Under the pieces are notes generated by a model, which saw nothing but the letters and a program-made list of their open reading frames with translations, was not told the DNA's origin and did not search any database. This document shows, piece by piece, positions 1 to 13,455 of a DNA stretch of 64,000 bases. The translations under genes were made by a program, and so were the position numbers. Position 1 is the stretch's first letter; every line of letters starts with the position of its first letter. Location: assembly GCF_001194135.2 (NCBI RefSeq), contig NC_068991.1, positions 77,342,267 to 77,406,266 of the forward strand, read 5' to 3'. The DNA is from Octopus bimaculoides (Eukaryota).

Positions 1-1334
1 CTTAAAACAGTTCCTTAATAATTCTCAGCCAAATTGATGCTCAAAGAGTTTTAAAGTAAGATTCTATTTTTGCAAGGAAGCCATGAAGCACTCGTGTCAG
101 CACTTATTAATGTTATAGATGTACTCAATGGCATAATCAAAAGACTTGATGTCTCTGAATCCACAAAACTTCAACGAAAATTTTCTTTCTTTCTTTTCTA
201 TTATTTCAATGAAACAATCATTATCATTATAATAAAATTCTTGATTTGCCATATTTTTATCTTAAGAAATAAAACATAAAATAAATCAGCAGAAATTGAT
301 TTTTAAAAAGAGCATAGAAAAAAAAAAATGAAAGAATAAATTCTAAACTAGATAAAAAAATTTTGAAATTGTCAAGATTTCATGTATTGTATTTTTTGTT
401 TTAACTTCTACATAGAAACCTCCTTCCTCCAAGATCTAAATTCCGAGAAATTTGCAGCTGGTCACAGCAGATTATTGATGAAATGGTTGGCAATTCATAT
501 CATGTCATTCATCCTAAGCTGTGTCCTTGGTGAATTCATTTAACTGTTGATGGTTTAGTCTGTTTAAATCTACTTACTGTTTCTGTCATCACCACTTCGA
601 CAAATTCTTTAAAGTCTGTGCTTTGCTGAGAAGGTCCAATAAGACCGAAACATCTTCAGCCAAAGTTGTCTGTCATACTAGACAAAAGAATTGAAACTAA
701 TATTAGCTAATAATGTTTTTTCTTCACTACATAATTATTTCTGATTAGATATTTAATACTCATTGCATGAAATATGTTAACACAAATTTAAATATTGTCT
801 TTTTCCTTATTTTAGATATCGTTGAGTAATTAACCTCGGTGATTTAATACTTTAACATATACTATAAATATATCTATAAACATCTATAAATATGTATCAA
901 AGGGGGTGGGGAAGGGGTAAACAACTCATGCCCATAAGTAGCAGCAGCAGCAGCAGCAACAGTAGTTGTGTTATATTGATAAATGTATAAATGGACTTTC
1001 CGTGTTGAATTTAACTTCTCCTATCACCACCGGATGGAGAGAGATGGACTCTACCAAGCAAACTTCATGAAACAGTCTCTAGTGATATCTTTATGGTATG
1101 CAACGCCAGAGAAAGACCATTTGGTCTGCAATCTTTCTCTCTCCCTCTGTTTTTCTCCCTCTCTCTCTCTCCCTCTGTTTTTCTCCCTCCCTCTCTCTCT
1201 CTTTGTCCTGCTGTCCTTCTTTCTCCCCCTCTCTCTCCCTCTGAACTTCTTTCTCCTTCTCCACACCCTCTCTTTCTAAGGGATATATGAAACAAGTTAA
1301 AGCTGAGTACCGGTACTACAAACAAATTCTCTTT

Positions 1335-1433
1335 GATTTTAGCCCAAGGCCAGTAGTTTTGAAGGGAGGGGCAAGTTGATTACATCACGTGGCACTTTAT
1401 TTTATCAACCCTAAAAGGATGAAAGGTAAAGTG
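1335..1433 (-). mobile_element. SINE family B 3' fragment
   Basis: GAAGGGAGGGGCAAGTTGATTACATC...TTTATCAACCCTAAAAGGATGAAAGGTAAAGT. Confidence 0.7.
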
Positions 1434-1495
1434 ATGTAAATAAGTGAGAAAAAACCCTGTATATTATAAAGCTATAGTTTAATGTTTTATGCACA

Positions 1496-2385
1496 TACAA
1501 GGTCTGATCAATAAGTATTTGGACTGTTGCCATAGTAACGAAGCTAAAGCACGCAGAGTGAAGCCGCTTGGCACAGATTGACCTTGACCTCTGCTGTGCA
1601 TGCGCATAAAGTTTTGACGTTCTAGCTCACTTCCACTATCTACAGCAGTGCTTGGAAGGAACATGTGTAGCGTGTGATCATCGCATTGACCATGACAGAG
1701 AAAGTTGTTATGGCAATACCTACTCAAAGGCCTACGCAAAGTGGCAGAAAGTGTATGGAGAGGAATGTATGAGCCACACACAAGTGTACGAGTGGTTCAG
1801 ACGTTTCCAATATGTCTGAAAAATGTCAATATTGACGAATATTCTGGGAAACCCGCAACAACCAGTAGAACTGAGAAAAACATCGCAGATGTGCATGCTG
1901 CTGTGAGGGGAAATCGTCGAATCACCATCCGTGAGTTATATAAATTTGCAGATTAGTTATGGTTCAGTTCAGTCCATGACCACTGAAGATTTGGGTATGA
2001 GGTGCATGTCTGCCAAGTTTGTGCCAAAACTGCTTTCAGCTGACCAAAAAGACACTTGGGTTTTCAGTTGCACAAGATCTCCTTGATTGTGTTGAGAATG
2101 TTGAAAACTTTGCGTAGGCCTCTGAGCAAGTATCGCCAATCTTTTGGCAAAAATTTGAAGCAGATTCTCTGCTCAACTTTCTCTGTCATAGTCAATGTGA
2201 TAATCATGCGCAGCACACCTTCCTTCCAAGCACTGTTGTAAACAACAGAAGTAAGCTAGAATATTAAAACTTAGTGTGCATGCAGAGCAAAGTTTAAGGT
2301 CAATCTGTGCCAAGCAGCTTCATTCTGAATGTTTCAACTTCGTTACTATGGCAACAGTCCGGATACTTATTGACCAGACCGCACA
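1496..2385 (+). mobile_element. Non-autonomous mariner derivative with long (about 250 bp) inverted arms and a decayed transposase N-terminus
   Basis: It starts TA-CAAGGTCTGATCAATAAGTA, and the reverse complement (TACTTATTGACCAGACC) is at 2364-2380. The frameshifted internal translation reads VYGEECMSHTQVYEWFRRF...NRRITIREL...LGMRCMSAKFVPKLLS, matching the mariner HTH region and WVP-like motif. No DD34D catalytic domain is present. Confidence 0.9.
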
Positions 2386-4384
2386 GGTGTGTGTTCTGTG
2401 CACTCAATACAAATATGGTATGGATTCACATATGTTGTGAATTGAATGTCCAAAACATTTCATCAATTTATCTCATAGGAGTCATCTTTATTGCTTACTG
2501 TTTTTAGATTTAAACCTAGGAGTTTTTGTTTACTAATTGCTTGGATAATCTCAGTCAATGAAAGCTTTTCAACTCAGTGTGTGAGAGAGAGAGAGTGAGA
2601 GAGAAAGAGAGAGAGAGAGAGGCAGAGAGAGAATTTACCGTATTTGTATTTAGTATAAAGAATGCTGCCCTGAGGCATTTCCTCTCAGCCATATTGCTTA
2701 GAAGAACTAACTGGGTAGAAGAGGCAGTTAGGAAGAATGGAATAGTCAAAGAAGCAAAGAATATTTTAGCCGCAGTTGAGGAGCCAGTGTTTGTAGCATG
2801 GTGGAGATTCAGAGTATCCGCATCAGATAGAGGACCATTTAGTCTTATATAGAACCCAAGATGTGTGTATGTGTGTGTGTGTGTACATGAGGATGTTTGG
2901 TGGCTCCACTGCCCCAAATATGTGAGCATAATATCCTAGCTTATTTTTGATCTTCATCTTTAGAATGTGAATTTACGATTATTATATCTACAAAATGTTT
3001 CAATCGGTTTCATCTCCAGTCACCATGAGATGTTTTGTTGCTAGATGTCTCCATTTGTTAACTAGGAACTTATATTTCTAAACCAAGACTAGTGATGTCT
3101 TTTAAGCCCCTAGACATCCTCCCCCTAGTTGTTAATATTTGGAAAAATTATCATCACAGATAAAAAAAAACAGTTGAAAATTCATTTAGTGATCTTGTCA
3201 AATATTTATTTCTGAGTCGTTAGGTTACTTTTATTGATCTAATAATTAATGAGAGTTAAATGATTGATTTCACATGCCACTTGGTTTAACAACACCATGT
3301 GATCCTTAAGTGTCTGCAGTGGATCTCACCAGGTTTCAATCATGCAAACCAGACTCCAAGTTCTTTTCCACTTGATCTTTTCTTGCAGATAAAATTTCAG
3401 CAGATATATAAGCTGTGCATCAGTTGCATCAATCTCACCTGTCTACAAGGATCTGGCAAAGGTCTTGGTCACAGCTCCTTTAAAAAAAATTTTTTTTTTT
3501 TTTTTTACCTTTGACTAATTTCTATAATCTGCTGTAGAGAATAATTACCAACCACTTCAAAACCTTATTTGCAATGAGACTGGCATTCCATCTAAAGGAT
3601 GCTGCTACTTCTCTCATCCACTTAACACGAATGTCCAAAGCTAGGAACTGCTTTTATGTCCTACCATAAGGATTTGTGGAACTATTTTATTGATCAATCT
3701 AACCACTGAGGTTTTGTGAGGTAACATATTGCTTTGTTTTCCATATATTGTATTCTTCTGCTGGCACTTTTAAGCTACAAACTAGATCATCAATTATCCA
3801 CAAACTGTCTGACATACTTTATATGAGTGACTGTTCCAGCTTACATTGTCAATATATGCTTGTATGTATTTGTGTGTGTGTGTGTGTGTGTGCTCTCATG
3901 CATTCCCGTGTGTGTCCAGGTTCTTATTAATTCAGCATTCATTTTAGTATCTGTACAGTACTGTAAACATATATGTATGTGCATATATATGTATGAATGT
4001 GTGTGTGTGTGTCTGTCTGTCTGTCTGTGTGTATGTACATAATTTATACATTATTTGTCATGATTAATTTCGTCACTGTCGTTGTCATCATCCATCATCA
4101 TCATCATCATCATCACTGCTAATGACAAACATGTATAATGTAATATAACTAACTAAATGTTAATAGCAATGAAACCTTACAGATGTAGCTTGATATAGTC
4201 CCCCTCCCCGCCGCCGTCCACCACAGACATCATCACCCCTGCAAATCAATTATTGTGGGACCAAAGACCAAATAAGTAAAAGATTAAGGACACAAATACG
4301 ATTGTATGGTTAAGAAGTTTATTCGGTAAGTTTGTGGCCAATGAATAATACATATATGCATTTATGTATGTATGCATTTGTGTA

Positions 4385-4423
<39 letters not shown>

Positions 4424-5045
4424 CTCTCTCTCAACCCAGTCTGTTGAAACCATTAACCAATTGTACTAAAAGGCTCTGATGAATTTCAGTGCCTGACACA
4501 CCTTCTGAGCAGAGAAATCGGATCACTGCTCTTTGTTCTTCTTTGGTGCACATTGCCAGTGGAGCAGCCATGCTTACACTGTAAAGCCAGAAAGAAAAAT
4601 GGCACAATCAGGCTCAAACTTTTGATCATTTGACCACAAGAGTACCAACTGTAAGCACGCTTGCGCAGAAGGCAGTGTTAATAATAAAGATATGTTGTGG
4701 TGAAAGTGCAGACAATTTTTGACTTCCCCTTGCATTTTCTGTTATAGCTCCAGGTCAACCAGACATACATACAGACAGACAGACTGACAGACATTCATTC
4801 AATTATGAATTAAAACCAGTGCTAGTGTTATAAACATTACTGAAGGCACATACTTAATGTATATGTTTTGATTGTTCACCAGTTCACTGTTTCACGGAGC
4901 TCTGGGGACGACTCCCTCATAGCACTGGGTGTTAAAACACCTACAAGTCCTAGACAGGTGAGACAACTCACCTCCAGTCCCATCCGGGGATGATGATACC
5001 GATATTTTGCCATCATATACATGAATTGAACCAGGGGTGAACGAA

Positions 5046-5081
<36 letters not shown>

Positions 5082-5217
5082 GTGTATGTGTGTGTGTGTG
5101 TGTGTGTGTGTATTCACATATACATATATGATGGGGTTCATACAGTTTCCATTTACCAAATATATTCCCAAGCAGTGGCTGACCTGGTGGGGGAAGGCCC
5201 ATTGTAGNNNNNNNNNN

Positions 5218-5281
<64 letters not shown>

Positions 5282-6341
5282 ACATGCAAACATGAATGTG
5301 TGTGTGAATGGTGACATCTCACAGCTGCACTTGAGCGAAACAATGAATGATGTTTACATTGCTTGTTGACATTATTACTGATTGTTCTGTGCTTTTGAAG
5401 GCCTGCAGAATAAAAGAAATCCCTTATTTGAAAAACAACTGAAGAAGATCCAGCCACAAAATTCTGCCTCAAATATGTCCCCATCCAACCCATGTTAATA
5501 TATTAAACTCAAGTGTTGATTGAACAAGTGCCTAAACTCACACTCAACTGGTAATTTGCATAATGGTGCAAATGTTGATATCTTGTATTATCAACATAAG
5601 CACTGCAAAGTGCTTCTGTGATCAATGTAAGGTAGATACAGGTAGACTTACAGCTCTGTGATTTAGGAAATGGTTTGGAATATAGGTGTTTTGGTCAAGT
5701 CCCATTTGCTTGTACTAATTTCCATGGGAGTTAAAAAATTAAAATCATGTATATTTCCTTCAATTCTGGATTAATCATAAAAATGTCATGTAATTACAAT
5801 TATTATCATTGACTCAATTATCAATATTTCAGCATTACTTTTCATAATTCCTTGGTTTGTATTGATTTGTCGTACAGCATATGGTCAATTGTTTTAGTCT
5901 GTCATCGTCCGTTCTGTGAGACTCACTGTCCTGAGACCTAATCTTACCACATTTTGACCTTTCTTCATTTCTATAGCTACCCTCCATCAATAGCACACAG
6001 CACTTTTTCACCCAGCACCTTTCATTCTTTCACCTCACATGTCAATACCAATGCACTCACATCTTTTGTATGCATTAGCTCACACTTTTAATGTGCAGTT
6101 ACTCTCTCAGCTCATTTATGCTCAGCCTTTCATGCAAGCTATCCATTTAATCTCATTAGCTGCATCTTTAATGTCTTATTTTACTTTGAAGTTAACCTTC
6201 CAGTCATACTGTTTGACCTATATAATGCATCTTCAATCTACTGTGTTGAAGATACTGTACATAACCTTAGAAACATGCTTTACTGCTTATAAAATCTTCG
6301 CATTGATCATATATATACATACATGTATGTGTAAGTGTGTA

Positions 6342-6379
<38 letters not shown>

Positions 6380-7851
6380 NNNNNNNNNNNNNNNNNNNNN
6401 NNNNNNNNNNNNNNNNNNNNNNNNNNNNNNNNNNNNNNNNNNNNNNNNNNNNNNNNNNNNNNNNNNNNNNNNNNNNNNNNNNNNNNNNNNNNNNNATATA
6501 CTATAATGAAGAAAGCTGAGAGTAGGAACTTTTACTAAAAGAAAGCAATTACTAAAGTCTACAGTGTCTAGAAAACTCTTCTGAATTCCAATTGTTATAT
6601 ATTTTTATTCACTGTGGCACTGTGAGATAGTATTTTTTTTAAATGTCTCTGTTTATGCTTCTGGAAATAATAAGGTTGTCCAAATAATTGCAATATTATT
6701 TTCTACATACATATCAGTAAAAACATTTCTCCGAACCATTGTAAGTTCAATTCAGCATGAGCCAAATTATGTTGATTCCATTATCTTTCCATATCTGTTG
6801 GCTATTATTGAAGAAATAGAAATCTCAATAAGAAAAGTGGTTTTAATTAATTTACAACATTTTAATCAAATATAAGCAGCATAACTACAGATTGGTGTTG
6901 CCTGCCCTATTGCTGGACATGGTATTTTATGTTGGCTTTTTACAGTGGAAGATATTAATAATACACTGCCAACTGGGAGGAGTGAAAACTGATGGGCCAT
7001 AGATAGCAGCCTCTGGAGCATTGTGTAAATGTTCATAATTGCTCTGTCTGAGTACCTGAAGTTGTCTGTGTGAAAGTCCAAAGCTGTCTGCTATCTGTTT
7101 GACTGCCTTTCGAGTTGAGTACCAAACAGATTTTATAGAGTGAAAAGAGGATAAATTTTAGAAAGGGCTGAGAGGCCATATCACAACTCAGCTTCACACT
7201 GATTGGTCAATTTATAAATGAATCCCGTGAAACTGTGGTGGCTCACTTGCAATAGCTATCCAAACATCTAGCAGTTACACCCCTCTTTTATTATATATTT
7301 CTCTTTCTCTCTCTCTCTCAATCTCTCTATCACACACACACACACACACACTGTATCTGCACATTTAAAAGTAAGGAAAACTGGTAGAATATAAAAAAAA
7401 AGGCAGTATAAAAACAACAAACATGATATTATTCTGTAGGACAGGAAACAAAAATCATGCTGTATTGCAGAAGTCAACTGCCTAGCAGATGTGAATGTCT
7501 CATCTGAAATTGGGGAAAGAGTTACAAGGAACTTGCTGTTATTGTAGCCAGGCTATGGATTACCATTTGTACCTCTCATCATAGGTACACTGGCTCATGT
7601 AACACATTTGCTAAAACAAGAAGTCTAGAAACTCTTGGGTTTTCTAAGAATGTACACAATAAACTAACATCTCCCATGTCCATTCGATTAGTAGCAATAG
7701 TGAAACATTCCACAGACACTCCTTTTGAGTTTCTCTGAATGAATGTAAAGAGCCTGTAGCATATACACACACACACATAAAGGGTGATCACACATACACA
7801 CTAGTCTACTAAAGAGATATGTACACCTTTTACATAAATATGTTTATATGT

Positions 7852-8078
7852 ATTTCGTTTTTGGATTTGGTTTGCAAGATTTTTTATGTGATTTCGTGTG
7901 TTGAAGCATCTTCTGTTGTGTCTGGGGAGAGTCATTTTCTTATCGTGCCTTAAAATTTAACACACTCACCGAAAATTTTAAGAAAAAAAAAAAAAAATAA
8001 GTGGAAATTTTAACGGTGAGTGTGTTAAATTTTAAGGCACGATAAGAAAATGACTCTTCCCAGACACAACAGAATATG
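7852..8078. repeat. Fold-back (inverted) repeat flanked by a 15-bp direct repeat
   Basis: 7911-7971 is the near-perfect reverse complement of 8014-8074. AATATGTTTATATGT occurs at 7837-7851 and 8073-8087. Confidence 0.8.
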
Positions 8079-8667
8079 TTTATATGTGAGCCTACATCTA
8101 CATATAGGCTGACTTATTCATGAAACTTTGGAAATGTCTGGACTGAAAAACAACAAGAGCAAAAAAAAAAATGTGTCACTTTGTTAGTGATTGGCTTTAA
8201 TTCTTTAAAGAACTTAAATATATCTTGAAGAAAACACATATACAGATGCAAAGAAATTATGTATGGAAGTTGATTTGTTGTGTGATGTGCCTTTCTTTTC
8301 AAACCCCTGAGTTAGGAAACTCCTCAGTTAAGCGATCATCGTGAAACACTTTTTTTCTCGTTTCATCTCTGTTTTAATTTAATTCCCATACAAAATTTCA
8401 ATGTTTGTTTTGTTATGTTTGTTTTTCGATTCCTTCCCAATAATGTTCCTCTATCAAATTAATTCTTTGTTTGAAGATTCCTATTCCGTAATAGATCTGT
8501 CTTAATTAAGTAAAACCAGAATAGAACATTTTGCATTAGAAACAAATCAAAGAGAAATTTTATGAAATAACTAACTAAAATATATCTCAAACACTTCTTT
8601 ATTTCAAGCCATTACCAACAATAGAAAAAGTAGTATAAAATGGAATGAATAAATAATGGGCAATATA

Positions 8668-8716
<49 letters not shown>

Positions 8717-9008
8717 GTACACATATATATAAAGAGATAAATAAATANNNNNNNNNNAGATAAATAAATACATATGTATGTATATATATATATATAGAGA
8801 GAGAGAGATATTTATATATGTATGTATGTATGTATACATGTGCACAGACACACACGTTGATGGTGCATTGTAAATATGGTTCTTTTCTTTTCCATTAATT
8901 CTTTTTTATTTGTATTTTGCCTTTTTATCTTGCCTCACATTATTTACCTACATACATTTCTACTCAGCTCTTTGTTTGTGTACCCTAACATTCACATATT
9001 AACTTTAT

Positions 9009-9054
<46 letters not shown>

Positions 9055-9409
9055 CTAGAAAGAGATATGTATGTTGTACTACATTCAAGATTTAATAGAT
9101 TTGCAAATTTGAATTATGTTCATCTTAAGTAGCCAGGTCTTGTGCTTCAGTATTACAGCCAACGCCATCAACACCATCATCACTACATATGACACACAAC
9201 ACTAACATCATTGTCACTATGGCCAAAAAAAGACTTCAAAATTATACCACCAGCATGATTGGAACAACTGTTACCTCCACTGACACCACCATTATCACAA
9301 TCGTACAGCAATAATCTGAATTGCCACTATCTACCACCATCATTACTAACACCTGAACTACAACAACCAGCCTTGCCTTGACTACTTCTGACTTTTATCA
9401 CTACCAACA

Positions 9410-9610
9410 GGGAGCTTCTTTATCTCCTGCTTGACACAGCAGCCAAAAATCACTTTGAAAATACACTCTACCTACTTGAAAAAAGGACACATTTGTTTAT
9501 ATCAATGCATAAACCAATGTCTGATAAACAGATGGAATGGTCATGGCTGGAATGTCTTTCATCATATATCTATTTTGATCATAATTGACTTGAGACCAAA
9601 CAGCAACACT
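9410..9610 (+). mobile_element. SINE 3' fragment (family E), diverged
   Basis: GGTCATGGCTGGAATGTCTTT is shared with 39627-39647, with collinear flanks. Confidence 0.55.
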
Positions 9611-12150
9611 ACTGCCACCACAAAAAACTGTAAACTCTAAAAGACATAAAATGGCAACTTTTATGATGTTACTCTATCAAAGCCAAATATTTTTTGAAAT
9701 AAATCAATCTATGTTTTTATCTATTTAGGATAATTCGCCTTTTTAAGTGAAATAAAAAATAAAAGGTACCGTTGTAGGAAGTTTTCCAACCAATAGAAAT
9801 AAAAGCATTTACTTTTAGCATTGATTTTTATCATTTCTTTGATTCGTAAGGAACCAGTAAATTTATGGCAAACAACGATGTTTCACTGCAATGTTAATAG
9901 CAAATAATACTTTTTCACTAGCAGCTATATCATTTCATTAAAATATTCCCAGAAACTTCGGTTGCAGTATTTATTTTTCTATGTTTTTGTATAGTTTCAT
10001 TCTTATCGGGTGTTTTTACTATTTTTTATCCTTTTTTTCCTTATTTGTTTTGTTGTCATTGTCGTTTTCTTTTCTTTGGTAGAAGGTATTTTCTTTTGTA
10101 TGATTTCAAGAGGTTGGTAGACAAAGTCTATATTGAAGATCTTCTTCCAAGTTGAGCCATGTCACTCCTTGGAACTATGATTTATTATAGTAAATTTTCT
10201 CAGTAGACTCTGAAAAAATGAGTTATGGTCTGTCACTCCCAATATATATGTTTGGTATCATCAGAAAAACATCACTTTCTGTGGTGGATACATTCTCTGC
10301 AATGCTAGAATTTTCCTCCTTCAAACCAATTTATTCCACTTTTGAACTGAATTTTACCTTACTGAACTATACTGTATTGAACAGAATACTAGAAACAAAA
10401 TGACCAAATGTTTATTAGTGTAGAAGTATTGAGTAAAATTCATTGCACATATTTCATTGTGTATTTGGACAGTAAACTTTATTCTTTATGTCCAACTTCT
10501 TTTAACTGCTGGAAATACATTCAGGTCACTTGAAATATCTCATCTGCTTAATGCCACGAGAAAAGAGCTAAGAATTGATTTTTAAAAGCCTCTTGGAGAG
10601 GTGACATTTACTATATATTTTATATATTAAGCCTGCTACCATATACTAATTTATAATACTACAGTGTATCTTTATATGTGCATTCATTGCATGAACAAAG
10701 AAGCCTGTGTCGCTGTAGAAGAACAACCACAAGTGAAGTTGATAAAGAAGCAATACACTAGTGACTGAAGAGTCAAGTGTTTATATATCGTTTGTCATGC
10801 GGCTCTAAATTGCAGTTGAAGATTATATGTAATGCATCATTGTCCGGTCAGCTAAAAGGTAAAAATATGTCATGAGAAGTAAATTCACTGCTTACAGCAG
10901 TGGTAATACTAAAGCAGTTTTGGCTTAAAGTCATCACTGTTTGGCTTGGTTTGGTTGGTCTAAATTGCTTTAGATAGACTCTCTTCATACATTAGTAATG
11001 CTGTCATCTCTGAATTTTGTTATCCAATAATTACAAAATCTTGCTATGATTGTTTTGTCTTGTGCTTAAATGGAAACCTCTAAAAAGTTAGATTGTCCAC
11101 TATTTCATCTCATATAAAGTTATTATGTTATATAACCACCTACACACTCAAGTTATATCTCCCCATATATGTCATTGTTAATCTGTTGTTATATCACAGC
11201 ATTATATTTTTATTGTGATATGATACATCTGGAAACCAGGTGAAAAGACTAACAGCAAAATCACTTACACCTAGTCTTTACTGGTTTATACATTTTGTCA
11301 CCTGTGTGTTTCCATAATTATTCATTTGCAGACTGCAACACTTCGACTTAAATTCTCTCCTGCGATGATCTTTCATGGCAACCTTTACATATATAACATC
11401 ACCATAGCTACATCCCAAAGATTAGAGTCTTTATTTCAGAAAATTCCCAAGGTACCTTTTCCGTTAAACATATATAGTTAATTGCAGGATGATGTACTTA
11501 GTGTTGTAAATGAAAAACAATTTTCAGCCAACTAAAATTAAACTCTTGAAAAGAAAGATCATTAGAGTTAATGATTAAACAAATGGATAGTCTTAACAAA
11601 AGAGCCATATCCTTTCAAAGATTTTGTGTGACCTAGTAAGTGTAGACTAGTCTAGCCTATACTTCGCTGAGGAAGTTTAATAAGAATGAAACATGGCTGG
11701 AGTTGTCACTGTACTGAAATGTTTCTACTTAATTTCAAATCAGTTTATATTTTCAAGTTATCTCTCTTGCCTTCTTTGACTTTTCTTTTCTCTACAAGTT
11801 TTATTTCAATTGATTAAATTTTCCTTTTCTTTTTTTATTTTACTCACTGCACTTAACTATGTGTTCCTCATGCAGAAGGCACCTTTGGATATTTTCCTAT
11901 ATCACTATTTAAACCTAGAGATTACTCATCTTGATCAATTGTTGATTATCTACAAAACTCAACTCCAACTAAGACTGGAATACTGCACACATACGTGCAG
12001 TATTGCTATTATTATTATGCATGCAAATAATCAATATTTATCTCCCAAAATACCATCAACCTAAGAAAGCCTTCAAAGTTCTTGGACACTATTCCTCATG
12101 GTCTAATTAAAAAAATGAATTCTCACCTTTATTTTGGTTTTTCTTTCTAG

Positions 12151-12189
12151 GTTCCTGATAGAAGTACTGCCCAAGGATTACATCTTGAA
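12151..12189 (+). other. Candidate 39-nt internal exon of an unidentified + strand transcript
   Basis: Acceptor TCTCACCTTTATTTTGGTTTTTCTTTCTAG and donor GAA|GTAAGT. Open in two frames (VPDRSTAQGLHLE or FLIEVLPKDYIL). No protein recognised. Confidence 0.45.
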
Positions 12190-12366
12190 GTAAGTGGAAT
12201 GTTATTTTTCCTTATGTCTTTCTCTCTCACGTCTTTATACGATTAATCTGGCAACCCAGTGGAAAGGGGCACAGGGGCAAAAGGGAAGAATATGGTGCCA
12301 AGCAGAGAAAAAACAGTTGAAAGAAAAAGTGTTTGTGATTCACTTGGAGGCGCTGAAAGACAAAGT

Positions 12367-12680
12367 CATCATCATCATCATCATTATTATTTAACATCCG
12401 TTTTCCATGCTGGCATGGGTTGGATGGTTCAACTGGGGTCTGGGAAGCCAGGAGGCTGCACCAGGCCCCAATCTGATCTAGCAGTGTTTCTACAGCTGGA
12501 TGCCCTTCTTAACACCAACCACTCCGAGAGTGTAGTGGATGCTTTTTACGTGCCACTGGCACAGGTCAGAGGAGCTGGCATCGATCACGTTCGGATGGTG
12601 CTTTTTACATGCCACTGGCACGGAAGCTAGTTAAGGCAGCACTGGCATCGGCCATGTTCGGCTGGTGCTTTTTACATGCC
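12367..12680 (-). mobile_element. RTE-tail retroposon (family C here) with three internal repeat modules
   Basis: (CAT)n then TTTAACATCCGTTTTCCATGCTGGCATGGGTTGGA...CAGCTGGATGCCCTTC. GGTGCTTTTTACATGCCAC recurs three times at 12537-12680. Confidence 0.8.
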
Positions 12681-13299
12681 ACATACATCATAAATATATT
12701 GTCCTCCTTCATGCTACCACAACTGCTCTAATTGTGTGTGTGTGTGTGCATTCATGCAAGTGTGTGTGTGTACATTTTGTGTTCATACATGTGCTTGCTT
12801 TGCATGCAGTTATCCATCACACCCGAGATAGTTTTTGCAAATTTGGAAGCCTGCATTTTTGTGGGGAGTTAAATTATTTTTTTAATAAAATTTACCATTC
12901 CTCCCATCAGTAACCTTCACCAATAAATTAGAAGTATCTGCCAGTTGTCAACCAAGTAGACTGAAGCAAACAAAGTAGTGTCCCTTACTTCATGATTAAA
13001 TATTCTGAATTTACATTAATATAGTTAATATAATTCAACATTTTAATCTCACAACCACTAATTATAGTTCTTTTTATATATACAATTTAATTATTGATTT
13101 TTTTTTTTTTGGCTATATCACTATAGGGATTGTAAAGGTTATAATGTTTTGAATCATCTGATATTCATTTAACCAATTTCATATGTCAAACTAGGTTACA
13201 AAATGCAGCTGACCTGTGGTTTTTAATTATCTCAGTCATCTCACTCCTCTTATATATCATCTTTACAAATTAATATCTTACATTAGCAGAAGGATTCAA

Positions 13300-13455
13300 A
13301 TTTAGGCAAACAATTTAATTGTTGCTATCAACACCAGAGCTTGTCAAGTATTTACTTTATCAATTCCTGAAGAACTCAACATAAAGTTGACTCTGGTATG
13401 ATATGAACTCAGAACTAGAAGAGTCATAGCTAACTGCTGCAAAGGATTTCCTCAG
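13300..13455 (-). mobile_element. Diverged SINE family B fragment
   Basis: AAAGTTGACTCTGGTATGATATGAACTCAGAAC resembles the family B B-box region. Confidence 0.5.

Noticed and set aside
2640-2850. ORF 2577-2852 and a minus-strand MPQGSIL resembling an RT motif
   Set aside because: A single short motif with no neighbouring RT motifs recognised. The ORF starts in a (GA)n repeat.
11332-11451. 120-nt open segment between an AG and AAG|GTACCT, in phase with 12151
   Set aside because: Donor is mediocre, the peptide is unrecognised, and an open frame of this length is expected by chance.
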